Shown in pieces: positions 35,431 to 45,900 of a stretch of 64,000 nucleotides of DNA. Under the pieces are notes generated by a model. The model was given only the letters and a program-made list of their open reading frames with translations. It did not search any database and was not told the DNA's origin. A program made the position numbers and the translations under genes. The stretch covers positions 10,239 through 74,238 of IMG/VR virus record IMGVR_UViG_3300050821_004765; one strand, written 5' to 3'. This stretch comes from a virus. Numbering within the stretch: the stretch's first letter is position 1; the number at the start of each line of letters is the position of its first letter.

Positions 35431-36219
35431 ATGCGCCAGAGTCCAGACTTTATTGTCGATGAGACCGAATTTGATGCGTTTCTGTTCCATTTTTGGGGTG
35501 GTGATGGTGATCGCGACGACGATGACGTCGATGACGACGATGACAGCTCTGACTCCGACGATGAAGATGATTCTGATGAGTCTGATGATGATGACTCTGA
35601 CAATGATGATGACGATGATGACGACGGCAGTAATGCTGGAAGATCGACTACGAAAAAGCCTGGGAGTAAAGACACTCAGGATGATGATGACGCCGAAGCT
35701 GATGCAGATAAGCTTAAAGCAGAGAATATCAAGCTCAAGCGCGCTCTTGATGCTGAAAAAGATAAAAACAAAGTTAGCACTAAGGGCAAGACCAAGCTTG
35801 AGCGTGATTACAACGCGATGAAGACTCGTGCCTCCAAGCTCGAAAATTTCATGCAGACCACATACATCGACGCAGCCATCGTCAAGGACGTTCGGTATGC
35901 TTGGAACAACATCGAAGATGTGCGACTCAACATCAAGGATTCAGCTATTCGCCTGGACATGGAAACCGGTGAAATCGAAGGCTTGGATCTTGAACTCAAG
36001 CGTATTGCAAAAGCCAAGCCATATCTTCTCAAGAAGAAGGCAACGCGTGAAGACTCCGATGACGATCAGGGCGATGGAAATGGTCGCCAAGGGAATCCGG
36101 GAAATCGTCGTCAAAGTGGTGCCCATCCTTTTGGCGGTCGTACAAAAACTGATGGAAAAGATCGTGCACGTATTGCAAGTAAGTACAAAATCCCTGGCGT
36201 TCCCGGGATTACAGGATAG
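35431..36219 (+). CDS. capsid scaffolding protein
   Basis: Poly-Asp N-region, coiled coil, KAKPYL motif; upstream of the capsid genes; AGGAG SD. Confidence 0.8.
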   Translation: MRQSPDFIVDETEFDAFLFHFWGGDGDRDDDDVDDDDDSSDSDDEDDSDESDDDDSDNDDDDDDDGSNAGRSTTKKPGSKDTQDDDDAEADADKLKAENIKLKRALDAEKDKNKVSTKGKTKLERDYNAMKTRASKLENFMQTTYIDAAIVKDVRYAWNNIEDVRLNIKDSAIRLDMETGEIEGLDLELKRIAKAKPYLLKKKATREDSDDDQGDGNGRQGNPGNRRQSGAHPFGGRTKTDGKDRARIASKYKIPGVPGITG

Positions 36220-36233
36220 GGGAAAGGCAAAAG

Positions 36234-36932
36234 ATGGCTCGCTATGACAAGTATGACCCGATCAACGGGGGATTCCGTGCTGCGGTAGCCGTTGACTTTC
36301 CCGATGGCGATCTAGGTGCTGCTTGGGGCTATGGCATTAACTCTGCCGGACAGTGTGTCAAGGGCGCAGGACAGACCGGCGTTATTGGCGTTCTGGTCGT
36401 CACCCAGAAGCCGGGTCGTGTTGGTCCGCAGCGGGAAATCACCACTGTTGACATCATGCAGGTTGGTTGCATTACGGACTTTGGGCCTTCTACCTATGGC
36501 AATGTGCCCGGTGTGAACTTTGGTAATGCCGGTACTAACTACTACAGTGACGCAAATGGCTTTATCTCGGCGAGTCAGACTGACTTGTCCGTTCAGACCG
36601 TTACGGTTGGTGCAGCTAGTGCCGGTACTTTCACGCTAACTTACGGTGGTCAGACGACCACTGCGATTGCCTACAACGCCTCTGCAGCTACTGTACAGGC
36701 TGCACTGGTTGCTTTGAGTTCGATCGGTGCTGGCAATGCGGTTGTTACGAGCCCGTCCGCTGGGATTTGGGTAATTTCCCTCTCCAACGCCTTGGAAGAG
36801 TCTGTCGCTTTGGGGGCATTTACCGGCGCAGGCTCGGGTTTGACTGGCGGAGCGTTTGCCGTTAGTAGCTCAAAGGGTGTGCTTGTTGGCTTTACGGTCG
36901 AAACTGACCGCTTGCAAGTTACGATGTCTTAA
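36234..36932 (+). CDS. capsid decoration / minor capsid protein with inserted beta-rich module
   Basis: MARYDKYDP... between scaffold and MCP; insert shared with the major tail protein. Confidence 0.7.
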   Translation: MARYDKYDPINGGFRAAVAVDFPDGDLGAAWGYGINSAGQCVKGAGQTGVIGVLVVTQKPGRVGPQREITTVDIMQVGCITDFGPSTYGNVPGVNFGNAGTNYYSDANGFISASQTDLSVQTVTVGAASAGTFTLTYGGQTTTAIAYNASAATVQAALVALSSIGAGNAVVTSPSAGIWVISLSNALEESVALGAFTGAGSGLTGGAFAVSSSKGVLVGFTVETDRLQVTMS

Positions 36933-36953
36933 TAAGAAGCTGAAAGGACAACA

Positions 36954-38129
36954 ATGCTGAAGGAAAGTTTGCTTTTCCGCTTCTGGGGCGGCGACGGTAA
37001 CCGTTCTGGTTACATGACTGAGGGTGATATCCTCACCCATACAGTCGATGGCGTCGACCTAAACCAGCTCTGGGCTGAGTTTATTGATGCCAATACCATC
37101 TATAACGAGCACAAGCAGGGTATGGTCGGTTTGCTGACCTACCCGGTGCTCTCGGACATTGAACTTGTCCCCCAGATCGGTGACTTCAACTTTGAAGAGG
37201 CAACCGAGTTCGGTATCCCTCGTGGTCAGAACACCAACATCAGCTACTACCAGCTGGCGTATGACTACAAGGACTATGACCTCAAGTTGGGCTACACCTG
37301 GAAGTTCTTGCGTGATGCCCCCGCCCAGCAGGTTGAGGCTATTCACACTAAGGCAATCCAGGCCGACCAGGCCCTGGTGTTCCGCAAGACGATGGAAGCT
37401 ATTTTCTACAACGTCTCGCGAACTACCATCATCAACTCCATGCAGTACAAGGTGTCGCCGTTGGCGAACGCCGATGGTTGGGTACCGCCTAGCTACAAGG
37501 GCGTGGTGTTCGATGGTACGCACGACCACTACATCACTACTGGTGGTAGCGTTGTCGACTCTGGCGACGTTGAGGACTGCGTCAACCACCTAACCGAACA
37601 CGGTTATGGTTGGGATACTGGTACCCAGATCGTTGCATTCTGCAACCGGTCGGAAATCAACCAGATCCGCACCTTCCGTTTTGGTCAGACTAACAACAAC
37701 TCGGTTGTTGCGAACTTCGACTTCGTGCCGGCACTTGGCCAGCCCGCGTTGATTGTTCCTAACGCTGAAGGTCTGTTGGGTGGTCAGGCGCCTGCGGTCT
37801 GGAATGGCCTGCGTGTATCTGGTTCTTACATGGACGTTCTGTTTGTGGAAGAGCCGCTAATGCCTCCCGGTTACATGATGTTCCTATCCACCGGTGGCGT
37901 CAACACCGACGAGAACATCGTGGGTGTGCGCGAGCACGTTTCACCGGAATGGCGGGGTTTGCGGTTGCTGCCGGGTAACCAGCAGCGCTACCCACTGGTG
38001 GATGGCTACTACATCCACGGCTTTGGTACTGGTATTCGTCGGCGTACTGGCGCTCTGGTTTGCCAGGTGTCTACCAACGGTAGCTACACGCCGCCTGCGC
38101 AGTACACCAACAACGGGGCGACTCGATGA
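36954..38129 (+). CDS. major capsid protein
   Basis: 391 aa; strong codon bias; FEEATEFG; position after the scaffold. Confidence 0.85.
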   Translation: MLKESLLFRFWGGDGNRSGYMTEGDILTHTVDGVDLNQLWAEFIDANTIYNEHKQGMVGLLTYPVLSDIELVPQIGDFNFEEATEFGIPRGQNTNISYYQLAYDYKDYDLKLGYTWKFLRDAPAQQVEAIHTKAIQADQALVFRKTMEAIFYNVSRTTIINSMQYKVSPLANADGWVPPSYKGVVFDGTHDHYITTGGSVVDSGDVEDCVNHLTEHGYGWDTGTQIVAFCNRSEINQIRTFRFGQTNNNSVVANFDFVPALGQPALIVPNAEGLLGGQAPAVWNGLRVSGSYMDVLFVEEPLMPPGYMMFLSTGGVNTDENIVGVREHVSPEWRGLRLLPGNQQRYPLVDGYYIHGFGTGIRRRTGALVCQVSTNGSYTPPAQYTNNGATR

Positions 38130-38527
38130 GCAGGGCTTCTCTGCAGGATATCCAGAACCTCGGTCGTCGTTTGACGACTGAGGAGGAGCGATACTTGCAA
38201 GCCCGTAGTCGCGGTTGGGAAATTGAGGTCAACCATCGTCAGCATCCCAAAAAGGATGACGCGCTTATTCCAAGCGATGATGAAGAATTTGTACTGACGG
38301 TTGGCGATGACGATGATGAAGCCGAAGATGCCCAGCTTGCTGCTGGCGATGACGTAGCTGATGATGCGACCGCCAAGTACGAGCAGGCACTTGTTGCTCA
38401 AGTCAAGGGCTTGAGTGTCAAGGACTTGAAAGCTGAGTTGCAAGAACGTACCATCATCTACTCGCGTAGCGATTTGAAGAAGGACTTGCAGCTCAAATTG
38501 CTTGAGGCTGTTAGCAACGAAGCATAG
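38126..38527 (+). CDS. hypothetical protein with C-terminal HeH/SAP-like motif
   Basis: LSVKDLKAELQER......KKDLQLKL. Confidence 0.6.
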   Translation: MSRASLQDIQNLGRRLTTEEERYLQARSRGWEIEVNHRQHPKKDDALIPSDDEEFVLTVGDDDDEAEDAQLAAGDDVADDATAKYEQALVAQVKGLSVKDLKAELQERTIIYSRSDLKKDLQLKLLEAVSNEA

Positions 38528-38535
38528 GGGTTACC

Positions 38536-38925
38536 TTGGCGACCCAACAGGCGATTGCATCTGTACAGCAGTATCTGCCGTCTTGGGCCAGCACATTACC
38601 TGCAAACCCTTGGACGACTGAAACTATCAGCAATACACTTGACACCAATTGTGGTGATGTGTACAAGACAGTTCGAGCATTCTGGGTACAGCGGGTTAGC
38701 GATCTGCAACCCTTGACAGATGTTCGCGAAGCTGACAGTGGGCGTCCATTGTCCCAGAACTTTGATCATGCATTTAAGATGCTAACTTACTGGGATGCTT
38801 ATCTTGAGACATCTCACGAGACCAAGTTCACCAAGATAAAGCGGCGGTACCGCAAGCCACGCCCAGGCATTCTTATTGGGGTCGACCCATTTGGCTTTGG
38901 AAGTCCGTATGCCAGGACTGATTAG
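38536..38925 (+). CDS. head-to-tail adaptor (by synteny)
   Basis: Position and size. Confidence 0.55.
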   Translation: MATQQAIASVQQYLPSWASTLPANPWTTETISNTLDTNCGDVYKTVRAFWVQRVSDLQPLTDVREADSGRPLSQNFDHAFKMLTYWDAYLETSHETKFTKIKRRYRKPRPGILIGVDPFGFGSPYARTD

Positions 38926-39325
38926 TATCCAGAATGCCGAACTTGCATTTGTCACGCAAGAGTATATCAACGAGCTACCAACCACGATAACCCTCACTCC
39001 GTCACGTGGCACGCCTGTCCTCAAGGCTAGCGGCGGTCACGACTATACACCGGCTACGCCGCGCGCTCCGCAGGTCTTTCGGGTCGTTCCTCGGCCCTCC
39101 CCAGCCGGGACCGAAGAGACTCAGGACGGCCCAAATTTCGTCAAAAAGTACGGCTATACCCTAGTTGGCATGCCAAATTCCATTGTAGCATTTGGAGACG
39201 TCTGGGATGAGACTACAGAAGATGGTACAAACCTTCATTACCACGTTGATGAAGTAATGCCCGCTACTGGCTGGGACTTTCGTGCCAATGTTACATGCTA
39301 TGCTACGGAGCCGCAGCATGGCTAA
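38909..39325 (+). CDS. head-to-tail stopper (by synteny)
   Basis: Beta-rich; position. Confidence 0.55.
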   Translation: MPGLISIQNAELAFVTQEYINELPTTITLTPSRGTPVLKASGGHDYTPATPRAPQVFRVVPRPSPAGTEETQDGPNFVKKYGYTLVGMPNSIVAFGDVWDETTEDGTNLHYHVDEVMPATGWDFRANVTCYATEPQHG

Positions 39326-39863
39326 TGTCGAGTTCAGTTGGGATACCGCAAGCTCAACGGCTTTGCAAACGAGATTCCAGAATCTGCCAGAAGAAATTGA
39401 CGTAAAAATGGTCACTTTCTTGGAGCAACTCGCACCAAAAGCCGAGACAGAAATGAAAGTCCGTGCTCCTTGGCGTAACTGGACTTGGGATGCTCGAAAC
39501 GGACTGTTTGTTGAGCCGGTAGTGCTCGGTTTGCCAGGCGGGGTTCGTGAATATAGCTTGATATTTGGCCATACTGTTGATTATGGTATATATTTGGAAA
39601 CTATCGTCAATGGTAAGTATCAGATCATTATGCCAATGGTTAAAGCGACCGGCGAAACGATTATGCAAGCCCTTGGCGGTCTTCTTGGGCCTTATGGGGC
39701 TATGGAAATTGGCGAGATTAAGCCCGAACTGTATTCTGGCGGCACCTCAGAGACTGTTGGACGCGAAATCATGCATCTATTGCGTAATTATAAGCGCAAT
39801 GTAAAGCAACACTTTGGCAACAACGCCTACTACCCGCGTGCAGCACCTAGGTGGTCGCGATGA
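39318..39863 (+). CDS. neck protein (HK97 gp10-like)
   Basis: APW...T.DARNGL, HTVDYGIYLE, IIMP motifs. Confidence 0.65.
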   Translation: MANVEFSWDTASSTALQTRFQNLPEEIDVKMVTFLEQLAPKAETEMKVRAPWRNWTWDARNGLFVEPVVLGLPGGVREYSLIFGHTVDYGIYLETIVNGKYQIIMPMVKATGETIMQALGGLLGPYGAMEIGEIKPELYSGGTSETVGREIMHLLRNYKRNVKQHFGNNAYYPRAAPRWSR

Positions 39864-40306
39864 GTAGAGCTGTTGTATTTAGTGTACTATCAAATTCCAC
39901 TAAATTACAAAACCTTGGATTCACCAGTGGATATATTCTCCCCAACTATGATGGTGACCAACGTCCCAATATTAGCATCAACCAAAACAACCCATTCTTT
40001 ATGGTCTTACGCTGGGGCGCGCAACGCTTTGATCCGCGCTTCTATCGTGGACCGCGCACTCTTGACATTTGGGTGCATATGGCTCGCGAAATTAGTACAG
40101 ATTATAGTCGAATTGACGCTGTGATTGAGATAATTGATCCGCTGTTAACAGGTATAATTGATACGCCTGGAGCCGACGGACAATCTGTTACTTCAATTGA
40201 GATGATGGGGCGAAGTGTCGATTTAGAAGACCCAGTATATCAGACACTTTGTCGTAATGCTTCTTATAAGATCATATCGAGGAACACAACTACAGGAGCT
40301 GAGTAA
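39860..40306 (+). CDS. tail terminator (by synteny)
   Basis: Position before the major tail protein; IWVH...DY..ID motif. Confidence 0.6.
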   Translation: MSRAVVFSVLSNSTKLQNLGFTSGYILPNYDGDQRPNISINQNNPFFMVLRWGAQRFDPRFYRGPRTLDIWVHMAREISTDYSRIDAVIEIIDPLLTGIIDTPGADGQSVTSIEMMGRSVDLEDPVYQTLCRNASYKIISRNTTTGAE

Positions 40307-40657
40307 ATGTCTCAACTTGTTATCCCGAAGCCAGATGTGCATTTGAATGCCAATGTAGCAGTCAACCGTCGCGCTGCCGACCCTGAGAAGGCCAAGGGCC
40401 CATTTGTCAAGTATGTGGGTATTGCATCCAAGCGTCTGATTCGCTCGGATCACTGGCGGAGTAAGGGCATCGATCTCAAAGATTCGAGTGCTTCCCACAC
40501 ATGGGACATTAAGAACAAGCACATGATTCCAACCTCAGAGTTTTCCAACGAGCAGCTGGATTACTTGCTGGTCGATGATTTGCAAGCGAAGGGCGGCCAT
40601 AGCTTCCTTGAAGTTGATTACAATGATGAAGGACAACTTGTTCAGGTAAAGCACTAA
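40307..40657 (+). CDS. putative virion protein
   Basis: AGGAG SD; similar to the N-terminus of 33979..34743. Confidence 0.65.
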   Translation: MSQLVIPKPDVHLNANVAVNRRAADPEKAKGPFVKYVGIASKRLIRSDHWRSKGIDLKDSSASHTWDIKNKHMIPTSEFSNEQLDYLLVDDLQAKGGHSFLEVDYNDEGQLVQVKH

Positions 40658-40660
40658 CCA

Positions 40661-40864
40661 ATGGACGAACCGCTTGAGATGCGGTGCAATACACTGCACG
40701 GTATTGTCAAGAACGGTTTAATCGAAATAAAGTGTCACTATATTAAATGCACCAAAGGCAAAGCGGTCAACGTATTTCACTACTTTGATCCTAAGACCGG
40801 TGATTTGGTAGATACCAAAGTCTATCAAGATCCAGTACCAAAGATGAAAGGACGCAAGCGATGA
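40661..40864 (+). CDS. small Com-like zinc-ribbon protein
   Basis: EMRC..LHG....IEIKC...KC. Confidence 0.55.
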   Translation: MDEPLEMRCNTLHGIVKNGLIEIKCHYIKCTKGKAVNVFHYFDPKTGDLVDTKVYQDPVPKMKGRKR

Positions 40865-42021
40865 CCGCTCCTGTGCCTGATCCGTTGCCGTACGGTATTC
40901 GGCAGATTATGCTCACACCGTACCTGGATGTTCAGGGCACAATGTTGAGCACGCAGAGTTACCCCCTGCCTGTCGCTATGACTCTAGGTTTCTCTGAAAC
41001 TGAACAGTTCGATGAACTTCGTGGTGATGACAAGCTTGTAGCAGTGCACGGCCGTGGCCCACAGGTCGACTGGTCGTTGGAGTCCGGCGGTATGAATATG
41101 GTGGCCTGGTCCATTATCACCGGTGGCTCCGTTGTAGAGTCCGGTGTCGCACCGAACCGCCAGGTTGCTCTACAGAAGTCTTGGGATGACGAGCGGCCAT
41201 ACTTCCGCATCGATGGTCGGATCATTTCTGACTCGGGTGGTAACGTCGTGGCCCGCATCTACCGCGCTAAGGCCAATGGTAAGATCCAGGCCAACCACAA
41301 GAACGGCGCATTCCAGACCAGCCAGATTGATGGTATCGGCCTGCCGTTGGTTAATGACGACGCTTCTTGGCTGTATGAAATTGTACAGAACGAGACCGAT
41401 TCGCCCCTGTCGGGTACGCCGACCCCCAACCCGGTCCCCATTCCCACTAACGTCTATGTTGGTGTTATCACCAATACAACCGTGGCGCTGTCCTGGACTG
41501 ACATCATTGAGGCGTCGCAATACCTCGTTCAGCAGTCCATCGACGGCGGAGTAACTTGGACTGCCGTGCCTGCGGGTACAAATGCGGTGCAGACGGTAAC
41601 GCTTGCCAACGCGACTGGTGGTACCTTCACCCTGACGTTTGGTGGACAGACCACTGTACCGATCGCTTATAACGCAAGCGCTGCTACTGTGCAGTCCGCT
41701 TTGATGGCGCTGTCTTCGATTGGCGCCAATAACGTTGTCGTATCGCTGACTGGTTCTGTGTACACCGTCACTTTCGATGACGCACTTGGTGACGCAGCTC
41801 AGACCTTGATGACGGATTCGGCGACTGGCTTGACGGGTAGTTCGCCTACTATCACCATTGCTACCGCAACTGCCGGTACTTCTGGCGGCGGTCAGCCAAC
41901 CGAGCCGTTTACTACCATCACCGGATTGACTGCTAATACACATTACCAGTTCCAGGTGGCCGCGGTCGTTAACAGCGTAACTGGCGAATACTGCACCCCG
42001 GTACTTGCTTTGACTACTTAA
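40861..42021 (+). CDS. major tail protein with C-terminal FN3 domain
   Basis: LPYGIRQI, ELRGDD; FN3 PTNV..VALSW...ITGLTANTHYQFQVAA; precedes the chaperones. Confidence 0.85.
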   Translation: MTAPVPDPLPYGIRQIMLTPYLDVQGTMLSTQSYPLPVAMTLGFSETEQFDELRGDDKLVAVHGRGPQVDWSLESGGMNMVAWSIITGGSVVESGVAPNRQVALQKSWDDERPYFRIDGRIISDSGGNVVARIYRAKANGKIQANHKNGAFQTSQIDGIGLPLVNDDASWLYEIVQNETDSPLSGTPTPNPVPIPTNVYVGVITNTTVALSWTDIIEASQYLVQQSIDGGVTWTAVPAGTNAVQTVTLANATGGTFTLTFGGQTTVPIAYNASAATVQSALMALSSIGANNVVVSLTGSVYTVTFDDALGDAAQTLMTDSATGLTGSSPTITIATATAGTSGGGQPTEPFTTITGLTANTHYQFQVAAVVNSVTGEYCTPVLALTT

Positions 42022-42051
42022 TAGCAATTTCAACGAGTCCAAGGAGACCAA

Positions 42052-42717
42052 ATGAGTAGTCCGATTGCCCCGCCTGGTGGCGTAATGATTGACGCCGCCA
42101 CTGCTGCTACGGTAGAGCGTTTACGTGCAGCCGGTCTATTGCAGGATAGCGGTGTACAAGTTACGCCACCGCCTATCCCCCAAGAGCCAATTAAGCCGGT
42201 GAATCCTTACGCGCCGACAGGTTGGCGCAAGAAGCAGTCCCTCGAGTTTGACTTGACATTGCCTAGCGGCCAGACAGTGCGGTTACGCCGACTCGACCGG
42301 GCTGACCTGTTCAAGCTTAGGATCATCGATCACCTTGACACGCTATTGCCTATGCTGATTGACATGGCTGACGATACTTCATCCGATGATATCCGTGAGC
42401 AAATCAAGGACAAGTCTGGTGTGATCGGCGATATGGTCAATGCTGCCGATGTTGCTATATTGGCGTGCTGTATTCGACCGGCTGTTACCAACGACCCGAA
42501 GGCAACTTACTACGGTACAGAAGCGGAACAGGCTGATCCAAACTTCTGGCCAATTTTCCACATTGATGATATTGACCTTGACGACAAGCTGGCGATTTTT
42601 ACGGCTGTGTTCAAAGGTGAATCTGATGCGTTGAAAAGTGTTTCAAGAGCGCCGGTTAGCGTGGAACCTGTATCAACAAACCCAGTCGTATCATTGCCCA
42701 CCGAGCCAGTTGATTGA
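42052..42717 (+). CDS. tail assembly chaperone (G)
   Basis: Between major tail and tape measure genes; AAGGAG SD. Confidence 0.8.
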   Translation: MSSPIAPPGGVMIDAATAATVERLRAAGLLQDSGVQVTPPPIPQEPIKPVNPYAPTGWRKKQSLEFDLTLPSGQTVRLRRLDRADLFKLRIIDHLDTLLPMLIDMADDTSSDDIREQIKDKSGVIGDMVNAADVAILACCIRPAVTNDPKATYYGTEAEQADPNFWPIFHIDDIDLDDKLAIFTAVFKGESDALKSVSRAPVSVEPVSTNPVVSLPTEPVD

Positions 42718-42967
42718 CATTGAAGGTGCAGCTGGTTACATTCTTGATCGAGCAATATGGATCTTTGGTACTAATGTAGAGGCAAAGATGGCAGAGGCTG
42801 AATCGTCCGCAAGCGGTGACGCATTCCGTCGATCTGCCAGAATGCGGGCTTTCGCTCGCTGTATGGGCGACAACATGGAGACCTCCACAGCGGGGTTCGC
42901 AAGCCCATTTGTTTCATCAGCCAAAGACTCCACAGATGATAGTGAAATTCTGATGGAGAACTTTTAA
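42638..42967 (+). CDS. tail assembly chaperone frameshift extension (T)
   Basis: Overlaps the G 3' end in the +1 frame; ends at the TMP start. Confidence 0.7.
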   Translation: MFQERRLAWNLYQQTQSYHCPPSQLIDIEGAAGYILDRAIWIFGTNVEAKMAEAESSASGDAFRRSARMRAFARCMGDNMETSTAGFASPFVSSAKDSTDDSEILMENF

Positions 42968-45900
42968 TGGCTGATGAAGATCTAGGCACAGCGCATGGCC
43001 AAGTCAAGATCACCGCAGATGTCAGCGGTGCTCTTGAAGCTTCTGCTGCTATGGCGGGTCTTAATACCGAAGGCAAAACGCTCCAGGGCACACTCGGTAA
43101 AACTACCGACGAAATGTCCAGACAAGAGAAGCAGTCACAGGTTAGTGCTGCTTCACTAAGTAATTTACAGAGTAAGCACGAAGGTTTGCGGCAACGTATG
43201 CAGGAAACTGCAGATGCTGCTGGTAAAGTCCGGCAAGCACAAGCCGATCTTGATGCAGTAATGCTCAACGTCTCTTCAACTACAGAAGAGCAAAGGGATG
43301 CGCTTAAGAATTTAACACAAGTTAAGCGAGATGCAACAGAAGCGGAAAAAGCACAGACGCTTGCTGCAGATGCTTTCAGACGTGCCATGGATAATCACAA
43401 CAATACTGTTGGCAAAAGCAGTATTGTTCAAAGAGCCTTCTCTGCAGACGCGCGTGAATCAGCACGCACTATGCGTACGTTTGGTCAATCACTTGATGAA
43501 GCTGGCGAAAAACTCCAGGAATTTGACAAGCGTAAGGATCACACTCGCGAAAATATCCGTGGCTTCCGCAGGGACTGGGAAGACATGGTTGATTCAATTG
43601 GCAAATTTGTCAAGATCAATTCGACCAAAGAAACGCTACAGGGTATTGCCGATACCATTAGCAATGTTCGTAATGCTACTTTAGGCGTTCTTGCAGGTGG
43701 CGGACTAGCCGGTGGACTAGGTTTGCTGCTTGGTGGCGGTACTGAAGGCCTAGTTGGCATGGTTGCGTCTATGACGGAGCTAGTCGGACTAGTAGGACTT
43801 CTGCCAGGTCTCCTAGCAGGAGCCGGGGCCGGTGTAGCGACCCTCGCAGTCGGGTTCCATGGAGTCGCTGAGTCTATCGGCGCCATGGGCGATCCCATGA
43901 AATTCGTAGAATCGCTACGCGAACTTGGACCTGTTACTCGGCAGGCCATGGTTGAAATCCATAGTTTCTATGCAAGCTTCCGTGGTGCCATGGAAGAAGT
44001 GCAAGATAGTATCTTCACACCGATTTTGAATGATATCCAACCGCTAGTTATGACTTATTTGCCTATGCTTATGCATGCAGGGCAAGAAATTGGCGCCGTC
44101 TTCGGTCAAGCTGGGCATCTATTTGCAGCTTGGTTGGAAACTCCAGAGACTGTACAAACTATTCAGCAGTTCTTGCACAATGTAGCCGGTGGTTTGCAAG
44201 CCGCACTTCCTGCAGTCCAGGCATTCTCCAATGCGTTCCTGACTATCAGTGCCGTTGGCGGGGGATTCTTTCAGCAAATTGGTGAATCAGTTGCAGCAGT
44301 CGCCAAAGAATTTAACGCTTTCATAAGTAGCGCTGCACAAAGCGGTAAACTACAAGAATTCATTCAGTATGGTATTGATTCCTTTAAAGTCTTGATGACT
44401 AACATCAAAGATGTTAGTGAAGCACTATTCAATATATTCTCAATTGGCAATCAATATGGCGGTGGCTTCTTAGAGCTTTTCCGCAATATCGGGCAAGAGT
44501 TCCTTAATTGGACTAAGTCTATTGGCGGCCAACGAACAATCGCTGACTTCTTTCAAACAATTACGGAAGCCGGTAAAGCACTTCACCCAATTCTTCGTGA
44601 AGTTGGCAGTGGACTGGCCACTGTTGTATCTAGCATAGTTCACCTTGGTACAGATATTGCACCGAGTATTAATGTATTCTTCAAGGATCTAAATGATGCA
44701 CTGAAGATTCTTGGTCCGGCATTGATACAATCTGCTCCGGCATTTAGCGAATTTGTTGAAGCTATGGGGCGTTTGGTATTAGGTGTAGTACAAGCACTTG
44801 GGCCGAACTTACCAACATTCCTTAAGAACTTTGCTGACGCCGCTATTAAATTAGTTGGTCCGGCCACTGAATTGGCTGGAGCGCTCGGCGAACTACTCGG
44901 CAAATTAACGCCCAAAGAAATTGAATTTATTATTGGTGCTGTAGGTGCATTTAATGCACTGGGTACAGTTATTCCAATCGTTACAGGCGCTGTTGCATTA
45001 CTAGCCAATCCCGTTGGCCTAGTAGTTGCAGGTATTGCTGCCCTTACTGCTGGTCTTGTTTACTTCTATGAAAACAATGATGGCTTTAAAGAGTGGGTGG
45101 ATGATGTTAATGCTGGCATCGATGAATTACCAGATGCGCTTAGTAAAGTGCCTAGTTTCTTTGAGAGTATGTGGGATACTGTTACGAAATTGATTAAGGG
45201 TTGGTGGGGCGATGTAAGTAATTGGGGTGAAAAGCTTGCCGATGATTTTGCAGCTGGCATTCGCAGTGGTTTAACTACGGTAGAAGATGCCGTCAAGGAC
45301 ATGTTCGGCATACCAGTATCCCATGGCAAACCGGGCTCGCCTACTGAAGAGGGACCACTTTCAGATACTTGGTCTGATACATGGGGCGCACAATTTAGTC
45401 ATGACTATGCATCCGGTATTGCATCGGGGCAAGGTGAAGTAGCGGCTGCAGCAAGTGGCGTAGCAGGTGCAGCTAAAGATCAATTTAGTACATCAGGAAA
45501 TACAGTCGCTGTTGGTGGAGAGTATCATGCTGGCAGCTCTGGTTTTGACCAATGGATTAAACGATTAACTTCAGATATGAAGGCAGTATCTAATATTGCC
45601 CATGAAGTTATCAGCACCGGTCTTGGTGCAGCAAGCGATGTGCTTAAAGGCGTAAAACTCTTTGCCGAATTGTGGAAGGGTGGCGTCAACCCATTGACTG
45701 CACCTGGCGGTTTTGACCAAGGTGATAAACCGCTAATTCCACAAGCAGCATACCAAGGTCAATTCGATGTACCAAATGTACCAAAGGCGAGTCCATATGG
45801 ACAACTAAGCGCTACGGATACCACAGTGCCTGCGACAGGCAGCGGACCGACCACGGGCACTTATGTACCGCCCAGCGCTAAAGGACCGGCAAGCGATACG

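Noticed and set aside
35510-35630. GAT/GAC trinucleotide runs (also 1180-1290) and the 26160-26235 repeats
   Set aside because: Explained by poly-Asp tracts and a Pro-Thr linker in the proteins; not independent DNA elements.
43775-43925. Further candidate TG-poor patches (43775-43925, 28830-28970, 49600-49740)
   Set aside because: Codon style resembles the patches, but about 6 or more TG remain per 150 nt; too weak to claim without computation.
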